Assembly (NCBI GenBank): GCA_951406725.2
Contig: OX597820.1
Coordinates: forward strand, 120,714,001 to 120,778,000
DNA length: 64,000 nt
DNA from: Octopus vulgaris
Lineage: Eukaryota
Direction: 5' to 3'
This document shows, piece after piece, positions 53,664-64,000 of the stretch. Position 1 is the first letter of the stretch. Every line of letters starts with the position of its first letter. The position numbers and the translations under genes were made by a program. The notes below the pieces were generated by a model. The model was not told the origin of the DNA, did no database searches, and was given only the letters and a program-made list of their open reading frames with translations.

Positions 53664-56400
53664 ATGTAAACATGTCTTTTATACACTGGTAATTGCACAA
53701 CCTGATAATCGCCACCTCATATGAGTGACAATAAAGAAAACAAAATATTGTGAATAACGGTGGTAATGAAATTGCAGCCAATGATGGTGACAGTGTTGCA
53801 TCCGGGAGGCTCAGAGATTCTGACCCGGCTCCAAAATGTCGATATCCAGAAAGGGACCACCACACACGGCGTAGATGGAGCATGCAAATTAATGCTTTGG
53901 CCATGGAGTGTTACTACCTGAGCAGCCCGGTAGATGAAAATGGTGCTCAAATTAGGCATTACCCACAACGTATGTATGATCATTGGAGAGAAAAGGGATT
54001 GTTTCAATTCACGGGACAGAGACTGTGTCATCATGCTAGAGCAATAAGAAAAAAATTGTTGGTTACCAGAAGTAGAGCTCGAAGCTATCAAAAGACGAGT
54101 TATGGAACATAGCAGCAGAGATAGCAATGAATATACAGTTGTTACTAATACGAGTAATCCCATAGCACCGGAAAGGAGTAGTGGTACCTTACTTGATGAG
54201 AGACTTATAAATGATCTTAAAGAAGACGATAAAACTAATGGTGAGATGAGAGATGAAAAAAGTGCCATCTACGACAGAATAAAGGTAAGACTACAGGAGA
54301 ACGATAGTGACAAATGTTCATCGATGGAAGTTGAACCAAGAAACGAAAAATGTCAATGAAATTCTGAAATACATCAGAACAAACAATATCACAGAAACAA
54401 ATAATTTGATCAAGGCAGTAAGTATTGTTGTAGCAGAAAACGTGGGTGTTGATGTCAACACAAAGAAAGATATTGGGAGTGACAAAAGAAAAGATCCATC
54501 GTTGAAAAGAAGAATCCAGGAAGGGTTAGACATGCTCTCGAAGAAAATCTCTGTGTTAGACCGAAAAGAGAAAGGGGTGCTTAAAAGTGAAAAGAAATAG
54601 AGGGCGCTGAGCAGGAAGTATAATATTGAAAGAAAGGTCATGAAGGTAGTAGTGGAGGAACTGAAACAGGGCCTCGTTGCAAAGAAAGCAAAGATGGTAA
54701 GATACGACCAAAGATTGAAGGGATACCAGTAGAATAGTTTGTTCAGAGTAGATCAGAAGAGATTGTATAAAGAAATAGATGGAGGATGTACATGTGAAAA
54801 GTTGATACCCGATAACATTAAAAGTCAAAGTTTTTGGAGTGACATCTGGAGCAAAGACAAGGAGAACAAGAAAGGATGGTTACAAGAATTGAAACAAACA
54901 GTAGTCTGTCCAAAACAAGCAGAACTAATCATTTCAGTTAGGGAAGTGAAGGAGATCAACAACAAATGAGCACGTGGAATTCCCCGGAAGCAGATGGAGT
55001 TCAAGGCTACTGGATCAAAATATTTGGTGAATGTCATGCACGAATAGCTGCGCATCTCAACACCTTGTTAAATGCCGACCAAGGAACACCAGAGTGGTTG
55101 ACATTGGGTAGGACAGTGCTGTGCCTGAAAAACATCAAAATGGTAATACGGTAGACAATTACAGGCAGAGAATCCTGTTTGCCACTTATGTCAAAGTTAT
55201 TAACTGGAATACTCGCAGAGTCAATGCAGGAAAATCTGGAAAAGAATGGAGTCCTGCCACATGAGCAGAAGATTTGCAAGCGTAAGTGCAGAGATACCAA
55301 GCGTCAACTCCTGATAGATAAAATTGTACTCAGAGACTGCAAGAGGAGGAAAATTAACTTAGCCATGTCGTGGATCGACTATCGTAAGGCGTACGATATG
55401 ATCCCACTTTCTGGATTATGGAGTGTATGAACCTATTTAGTTTTGCATGAGCGATAGCTTGGAAAAAGGATGGCAATTGGAGGACGGACCTGACAGCATA
55501 TGTAAGAAGTTTAGGGATAGTAGAAATTAGGAGGGGACTGCCTGTCCCCACTGATCTTTGTACTGTGCTTGCTATCACTGACACTGACTCTTAGAAATCA
55601 AAGGCTGGATATGTATTGAAAAGCTGCCCGCAAAAAAGTCAGCCATTTGTTATACATGGATGACCTCAAAGATGAAGACCAAGTCAGTTCCCTTGTTGAT
55701 ACGGTGTATACCTTCAGTGCTGATATGAGAATGGAGTTCGGACTGAGTAAGTGTGGTGTGTTAGCCTTGATGAGAGGTGAAATCAAATGTATAGACGGAC
55801 TAACGATACCGTCCGGGAAGGTTATGAAGCTTATCGAAGAGACGGGTTATAAGTACTTGGGGATTTTGGAAATGGATATATTGATGGAGAAAGAAATGAC
55901 AGAAAAATTTAAGGTGGAATACTTTTGCGACAGAGGCTGATACTTAAGTCGAAATTAAATGGACGGAATAAGATCGAAACTATAAACACCTGGGCGGTTT
56001 CACTCATTCGTTATGGAGACGGGGTAATCGCATGGACAGTAGACGAACTATATAGCTTAGACAGAAAGACAAGGAAGTTGCTGACTAGATATGGGTCACT
56101 CCACCCAAAAAGTGACACAGACAAACTGTATGAACCAAAAAAAAGAGGGGGAAGAGGACTTATTGGATGTGATCACAGCTTTACAGCAGATGAACACAAC
56201 ATAGCATGGTATGTAAAAAATATCACAGAACTGCTATTATTAGAAGGTCTGGCTTGTGTAGGATGAAAGATTGCAAAGATAAAGTACTATACAAGAAAGC
56301 GAAAACGAATGAAACTGAAAATAGGTGGGCAAAGAAAAGAATGTATGGTCAATTTCATAGGAATGTTGAAGATAAGAGAGACAGAAGAAAGGCATCAAGG
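53664..56400 (+). mobile_element. R4/Dong-clade retrotransposon, near-complete 5' region + RT, 3' end lost, many stops and frameshifts
   Basis: N-terminal RRRWS..NALAMECYYLS..RMYDHW..QRLC..RAIRK; W..P..DGVQGYWIK; [15 protein letters not shown]; LYMDDLK; YKYLG; RGGRGL; RMYGQF. Confidence 0.9.
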
Positions 56401-56561
56401 GGAATATGAATGAACCTGGAATAGAATGCCCAGTAGAAAGGTTTGTACCTTGGTACGGCCAGAATAATCAGGAGAGTATTAGAAATTTGTAAAGAACGGA
56501 TAGCATAATTCTATAGGCTACAGGTAGTAAACCAGCTACGCATGCAAGATGTAATAAAGAG

Positions 56562-56622
<61 letters not shown>

Positions 56623-56892
56623 TAATAATAATGATAATGATAATAATAATAATGATAACAATAATAATAATATTAATAATAATAATAATAATAATAATGA
56701 TAATAATAATAATAATGATGATGATGATGATGATGATGATCATGATGATGATCATGATGATGATGTGATGGTGATGGTGGTGGTGGTGGTGGTGGTGGTG
56801 GTGGTGATGGTGGTGATGATGATGATGATGATGATGATGGTGATGGTGGTGGTGGTGGTGGGGTGATGATGATGATGATGATGATGATGATG
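56562..56892. repeat. (TAA)->(TGA)->(TGG) compound microsatellite
   Basis: Direct reading. Confidence 0.95.
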
Positions 56893-57169
56893 CATTCAAT
56901 TATATTCTGTAAGTTTATTGTGGAAATATTGAGTATCATCATCATCATAATCGCCATCATAGTTGCTGATATTTCTATTAATGATAGCAGTATCCTTCTT
57001 TCTCTCCTCTTCATTATCCTCAGCACAAACATGGACCATTTTATTTCGTTACTATTAACTTACATCTCAATCATTATAAAATAGCAGCGAAAGTATTCAA
57101 TATTCAACAACAATATGTTCTTTTAAAGATAATTTCATCATTGTCGCCTCAATTATTATCTCGATTAAT

Positions 57170-57372
57170 TTGAGTCTGCCAAATGGCAACCTCATTTTCA
57201 CGTCGGAAATTATGCTTTGTGTGGCATTGACTCCGGGTCTTTACGACTTGAGTTCCAACATCGTCACGGTAATATCTGTCTTTCATTGTTTTGTGCTCAA
57301 TCAAATATAGAACCAGTCAAGGACCAACCCCTTCAAATGTACTGGCCTTGTGCCAAAATTAGAAATTATTAT
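57170..57372 (+). mobile_element. SINE family B, diverged, with (ATT) tail
   Basis: ctttcattgtttt..accagtc..tactggccttgtgccaaaattagaaattattatt. Confidence 0.6.
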
Positions 57373-57533
57373 TATGGATGACCTGAAACTTTATGGTAAA
57401 GATGAAGACCAAGTCAGTTCCCTCGTTAATACGGTGTATATCTTCAGTGCTGATATGAGAATGGAGTTCGGACTGAGAAAGTGTGGTGTGTTAGCCTTGA
57501 GGAGAGGTGAAATCAAATGTATAGACGGACTAT
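57373..57533 (+). mobile_element. Isolated internal R4/Dong RT fragment (MDDLKLYG...CIDGL)
   Basis: Near-identical to ~55657-55802 but keeps the KLYG codons missing there. Confidence 0.88.
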
Positions 57534-58173
57534 AAACTGACTATAAACCATCTATAAACTCTGCTATGTATTGATTTGATCGCGTAAATATCCATAACTA
57601 GTGTTCTAATGTTGCTCTCATCGCCAAAATATTGCGGTTGTGGGTTGCAACTTTGCGGCGCGTTGAGATCTTAAGCAAAACAATTTATCTCTCTTTGCTC
57701 CAGTGCATTCAGCTGTAAACGATCAACTGACGTCTGACCACCTACCCAGTGGAATGGAAGCACTTCAACGCTGCGACAACAGGGGGGAACGACCAGTTAT
57801 TTTGACATCCTACGGTCTTATCAATGATCACATACGACGGTGATCAACAAGTGAAGCAACAACGAAAACGACATCAACAATGACATCATCATCGACATCA
57901 TCATCATCAGCGTCATGATCATTATCATCGTCATCATCATTACCACCATCAACTTTATTGTTATATTCTTCTAACTCCTCTTCCTACTAAAAGTTTATGA
58001 CGACATCTCGGGCCAACTGGCAAAGCTCAATGTTAGATACACCTAGAAGCAGGGACAATCATACACACACATGAATACACGCGCACACACACACGTACAC
58101 ACATACATATGCATATTTTTTCTGTAAGGATCCATATTAAATACCTAATATCGAGGTCTCATGCTTCTTTTGA

Positions 58174-58244
<71 letters not shown>

Positions 58245-58265
58245 GAATATATGTATCTATCTATG

Positions 58266-58355
<90 letters not shown>

Positions 58356-58443
58356 CCTTTGTGTGTGTGTGTGTGAACGTGTGTACGCGCGCATGTGTAT
58401 GTGCATGTAGGTGCGTACGCGTGTATGTGTGTATATATGTGTA

Positions 58444-58506
<63 letters not shown>

Positions 58507-58539
58507 GTAGACAGACAGACAGATAGATAGATAGATACT

Positions 58540-58592
<53 letters not shown>

Positions 58593-58603
58593 GAAGGTAG
58601 GCT

Positions 58604-58665
<62 letters not shown>

Positions 58666-59016
58666 CAGAGAGATAGATATCTGCATGGTTATGCCTATCT
58701 AGGCGTCAATCTCAACGTCGTTCTTCACCAGTTTACTGTAATTCGGTTAGGACAGCGCCGCCCCTCCCGCCACTGTTCTTGTTCTGTTTATTGTCCAACT
58801 GTCAAAACAAGTTAGAGAATTATTTAATTAACTATCAAACCGTTCCAACTGATAGCTGAACGCTCTCTAATCAAATCCAAACTCATCCATCAAACCACTG
58901 GAAACTAATCATGGTTACAGAAACGTCCGCGGCTTTGGCACTATTGCTATTCCCCCATCCCCCTCCTCCTCCTCCTCCTCCTCCTTCTTCTTCTTCTTCT
59001 TCTTCTTCTACTACTG

Positions 59017-59081
<65 letters not shown>

Positions 59082-59119
59082 ATAATATATTTTAAAATAT
59101 TTTTCTCGAGCCGAAATCA

Positions 59120-59436
59120 CAACAAACCTTCTGTAGCTTCAGTCCTTTGCAGGGTTCAAACGCATTTGTTTTGAGGAGAGGGGCATTGTCAATTACATGA
59201 ACCTCAGCACAGTAACAGGTGTTATATATTATCGATTCCGAAGCGACGAAAGATTAAGTTCTTCTTCTCTATAATATAACCATTGCGAATTGGCAGAATC
59301 GCTACGTTCTGAGTTTAAATGCCACTAAGATCGAATGTGTGGCCAACGAATTAAGTACCTGTGAAACACTGGGGTCCAGGTAATCGACTAGTCACCTCCC
59401 GTAATATTTAAGACATTGTTCCTAGTGTAGAAAGAA
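59120..59436. mobile_element. Two diverged SINE family B copies, divergently oriented (~59120-59270 minus, ~59280-59436 plus)
   Basis: ttatcgattccgaagcgacgaaag on the left; ttggcagaatcg..ttctgagttt..ttaagtacc..taatcgact on the right, ending in (ATT)n. Confidence 0.55.
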
Positions 59437-59446
59437 TTATTATTAC

Positions 59447-59479
<33 letters not shown>

Positions 59480-59482
59480 CAA

Positions 59483-59557
<75 letters not shown>

Positions 59558-59558
<1 letters not shown>

Positions 59559-60030
59559 GCGTGCTTTCATTTAACCACCGAGCGCATCTCTATGTGCCTT
59601 GGGTATGTGCTGTGATTTGTTGTGATGCTCTTATGGTTACTGTATTAAAAGTGTTCTGCGTAGTATGTGGGCAGTGCCCAGTAGTGCAATTTTCTGCCTG
59701 TTATATGTGTTTGTAAGTCCTGGTGTTTTTGTTACGTATTTGTCTGAATATTTTTTATCATACTTGATGTTTTTGGTTTTAGATTCCACATTCGAGTTAC
59801 CTCTATTTCCAAGTCTTTGTACTTTGAAAGTTTCCCAATTTCTTTTAGAGAAACGTTGTCATCTGCTGGTATAGATACATCAATTAGAAAGCATGTTTTC
59901 TCTTCAGGATCTGTGACAACTCTATCTGGTCTGTTGGCCTTAATTTCTCTATCTGTGTGTATCGGCATATCCCAGAGTATGGTTGCTTTCTCGTTTTCTC
60001 TGACCTTTTCTTGTGTGTGCCTATACCATC
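59558..60030 (-). mobile_element. R4/Dong-clade 3' fragment with intact 3' UTR abutting (TAA)n
   Basis: TILWDMPIHTDREIKANRPD..CFLIDVSIP..KLSKYKDLEIE; GTAHILRRTL; 3' end joins the (TAA)n at 59437-59557. Confidence 0.9.
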
Positions 60031-60520
60031 TTTTTTTCTCTGTTTTCTTCAAGTGCTCCACGCGTATTGCAGCCCCTGTTTGTTCCACGTTCTTCTCGAG
60101 ATTTCTGCTCACTGTTTCGAGGGCTCCGACAATTATTGTTACTACTACCACATTTTCTTATCGACCACAACTGCTTGACTTCCCACGCTAACCTGTCAAA
60201 TCTCTCAACTTTTCTTTCTTCCTCATCGCATACCATGTTGTCAGCTGGGTATGCTATGTCTATGGTCCTGTATAGTTTGTTTTCTTTCTCAATTAAGACT
60301 ATATCCGGCTTCCTATTCTCTCTCATGATCGCACTGAATCATAAAATCCCATAGGATTTTTGCATTTCTATTTTCGACGACACCTTCATGTATTTTACTT
60401 TTGCTCTGACAAGTCCATACTTGTTGCAGAGTGTCCAATGGAAAGTTTAGATATATTGTCGTGGCGTCTCTTATATTCCTTGTGGGCTAGTGGCGACATT
60501 GCCATGCATGGTAATGAGCG
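60030..60520 (-). mobile_element. Second R4/Dong subfamily RLE fragment fused upstream of the previous one
   Basis: NRKPDIVLIEK..IDIAYPAD..EKVERFDRL..; IIVGALETVS. Confidence 0.8.
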
Positions 60521-60522
60521 CA

Positions 60523-60562
60523 TAGCGGCGGCAGCAGCAGCGGCTGCAGCAGCAATAGCAGC

Positions 60563-60600
<38 letters not shown>

Positions 60601-60650
60601 CAGCAGCAGCAGCAGCATTGGCAGCAGCAGCAGTAGTGGTAGTAGTAGCG

Positions 60651-60687
<37 letters not shown>

Positions 60688-60688
60688 A
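60523..60688. repeat. (GCA)/(GTA) compound microsatellite
   Basis: Direct reading. Confidence 0.9.
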
Positions 60689-61904
60689 AGTAGGAAGGTG
60701 GCTATTTTTAGTATCCTGCGCTAATAACTGCTACAGTAAGGGCCCTGGATTTTGTGCCGCGCGTTGAGTCGATCTTGACGCTACTGTTTTCCCCTTGAGT
60801 TCAATGACACCAAGTCAAGTCATTGCATTGCGTCTCAGACGTCATTATTAAATGAGAAAACAAAATTAGATATCTTGTCTAATAATTCAAGTTAAAAATA
60901 AATGAAAGGGGAAAAAAAAAGGCAACGTGTTTTCATTTTCTTCACGTAATTCACGAAATTCGACTTTGAGAAAAAGACCTTTCATCAAAATGAAAATGAA
61001 AAAGAAACAATGAAATAACACAATTTTTTTTTTCCGATACCTAATCAGTAGTTTTTAAATAACTTCCTCTAGGATGACAGTTTTGAAGACTTGATAGAAA
61101 TAACAATATAATGCTTGAGAAAAAAACAAAAAAAAAACAATTGTTCCTCAATAACAAGGAAATGCTACTTGTCAGGAATGAATACTGTAGTGTGAGATGT
61201 TATCAAAGTTGGACTTTAAATGAAAACTATCTTAGGAAGTATTTAGCATATTTTAAGATATTTTTAGATTCTTCTATAGCTTCCTGTGAAAACTGTAGCT
61301 GTGCACTTCACTAGATATAATGGAGAGATAGTTATTTGAATGGTTGCAATAAAATTATCATTTTAATAGCGAAGACAAAAATAACACTCATCTCTGATTA
61401 TCGGTTTGTGCTGGAATCTTAGATTATCAGAACATGATGTATGGCATAAGTTGTTTCACCTGCATTTGTTGTTCCCTAAGATTGGGGACTAATGTATGTA
61501 TGTATGTATGTATGTATGTATGTATGTATGTATGTATGTATGTATGTATGTATGTATGTATGTATGTATGTATGTGTGTGTATGCATGTATGTATGTATC
61601 TATGTATGTATGTATACATGCATAAATATCTATTTACAAATCTACATACATACACGCATACATACAAGCAAGCATGCATACATACAAACACACGCACATA
61701 CGTACATTCATGCAAACATAACCATATATAAACTTTCATTCAGGCTTCACTTGTTCAGTTTTTATTTAAAGTTTACATGACGTATTTATATTAAACAGTC
61801 TTTGTGTTATTTAGTTTTCATCTGAAACTTATAAACGAACAAGTTGTGATAAATTATTCTGTGGTAACAAAGAATAACTGCTTCTGTGAGGGGAATATTT
61901 TGGA

Positions 61905-62236
61905 GAATTTTTCCTACTTACTAACCATGGTATTACACCTAGTAAGTTCCCCTCTGAAGCACAAGTCCGCGCAAGTTTGTTTTATGGAACAAGAGTAGTT
62001 GCCTTGTATACCAGTCTCCCCTCCCTGCGTCACCGATGTTATTCAAAGGAAAGGCAAAGCCCGGTACAGCTTGGCACCAATGAGGAAGTAACTAATTTCT
62101 CCAACTGAGTGAAATGAAGCAACGTGAAATAAATTAGTTTGTTCAAGAAAACATCACATAACCCGTTCCAAGAATCGAACTGACGAACTGATGATTGTGA
62201 GCCCGGTGCTCTAACCCGTGAGCCATGCGCCTTCGT
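61905..62236 (-). mobile_element. tRNA-derived SINE family D
   Basis: Minus-strand head gaaggcgcatggctcacgggttagagc..agttcgattc (A/B boxes), with a body unrelated to families A-C. Confidence 0.7.
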
Positions 62237-62299
62237 TACGTAGACTAAGGCCCTCCTAAAATCATATCCTGCCATTTTGAACAATTTATAGGAAAAAGA

Positions 62300-63900
62300 T
62301 TCGCTACCCTAATAGTTCACCCGTAGTTATACTTACACAGGGATTTTAGTGAATGAGATGCGTTTTGTCATGATCATAATTTTTTGTGATTGTATTCCAA
62401 TTAATATCAAATGTGCCCGTTTCACTTCCTCTAGCAAAGGAACTTTATTCATTGCATAACGCAGGAAATGAGAACCCCTATTTTAACTAAAAATTCGTAT
62501 TTCCACTATTTGACAAATTATATACCCCACTTTGGAATGATTAAACATCATAACATTCGACAATTTAATTCAGAAAGTCATGTTACATTGTATTCCAAAA
62601 TTCATGGTTAAGTTATTTGACTTTAAGTATCTTTACAGTAAATAAATCTGTGCAGTTTTTTTTAACCAGTAAAAACAATATAATGTGCACAGCAATTTAA
62701 TGATAGACATTTTAGCCAAATATTATCATCCTTACTAAACACATTACCAAGAGAAGACTGCTTTTGAAATCCAAAACGTTTTTACGTTCGGAGCCTCCAT
62801 GTCTTCGTTTTCAAAGTAATTTTGTCCATGATCCAGTCACTGTATTTGTTAAATGAGAGACTGTATAATAATTATAAAACAAAATCTATAATTTTTATCA
62901 TCCGCCATTGAAACCAGAAATCCATTTCAACACAATTTGTCTGTATTATCTGAGATGAATAAACGCCCAGAGATGATCCGAAATAGTTCGGTGGGTAATT
63001 TATTTGATATTAACATACTAATTTGATCACTTTCCCATGGAAAGCCTACTTACACAGTAAAGAGTAATTCACCTGACTGTCGTCGGAAAAGTTATCAGTA
63101 CTTCTAATAAAGTTGTTTATAATACATCGACTTACTGTTCAGTTAATAGCAGAAAATTTATAGTTTAGGAAAGAAATAGTGGAGAGATAACTGACATTCC
63201 ATACTAAGCAATTCCAAGTGTTGGCAATACTCGTTGTTCAGTTGTTCAGAAAATATTGCAAATTATTTTCCCAGAAAGGAAACGACCTTTTCTTTAAAAA
63301 CACAGTGGCATTCACCCAACGTGAGAGAAAACACTCAGGAGGACTACACAAAGCAAGGCATGACATTCATACACTATAACACGCATGGATTATCCCAGAA
63401 AACGGGAAATCTAAGTAGTGCAAAAAATGACCGTAAATTAAGTAGTGAAAAAATGTAGCAAGTTTCTTATAATGCATGTATATGCATACGTCTAACAAAA
63501 TCTAAGAGTGTCTAACAATTGTTTAATTGAAACAAAAATATGTATACGACTCTGAAAACGAGGGAGCAGCTGTATTAACATCAAGCACAGGATTTGATAA
63601 AAAATATCACTTCAATCCCTATGAAGTGACACCTTATCATCATGAAATAGATTAGGATGACACGTTAGAAAATAGAGTACCAGGTATATTTCTCATGAAA
63701 AAACGTTGCATTGGCCTTGCTTTGAATCAATAAATATATCCATAATTCTAGTTGAACATACTTGACATAGAAGACAACAACGAAAATGCAAAGAATACAA
63801 CAGACGCCATCTACACGTAGACATTACAGCACTTAGAAACCGGAATTAAATATATTTGAAATCATATATTTAAAACTACACGCAACATACTGATTGTCAA
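62300..63900 (-). mobile_element. Possible ancient hAT-type transposase relic
   Basis: VDGVCCILCIF (TTF zinc-finger-like) near 63790-63820 and a C.AH-like trace near 62680-62700; otherwise broken. Confidence 0.3.
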
Positions 63901-64000
63901 CGGTCGAAATTTCACTTAAAATCTTACCTGTTAAGTTAGTGTACAAAAGCCTTAAATAAAGACATAAAAATATGAATATCCTTTGACAACCCATTGCTTC

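Overview
AT-rich, repeat-saturated animal genomic DNA. The SINE families, TA/TG/ATT microsatellite load and retroelement mix look like a coleoid cephalopod, most likely Octopus (inference, no database check). I found no credible host protein-coding exon. Almost all long ORFs in the track are microsatellite read-throughs or decayed transposon frames. The window holds at least four tRNA-derived SINE families, many R4/Dong-type (RLE) non-LTR fragments next to (TAA)n, CR1/L2-group LINE fragments, mariner relics, Tc1/Tigger-type MITEs, a ~420-bp TIR element carrying TTAGGG repeats (4 copies) and Penelope-like (PLE) fragments. The most unusual signal is on the minus strand at 42267-42342, inside a PLE-like fragment. 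It has a complete hammerhead ribozyme core (NUH, CUGAUGA, GAAA, stems I and III fully paired, stem II weak) with its strands in a non-circularly permuted, pseudoknotted order that fits none of types I/II/III. A minimal PLE-type hammerhead with a core variant lies at 26129-26166.
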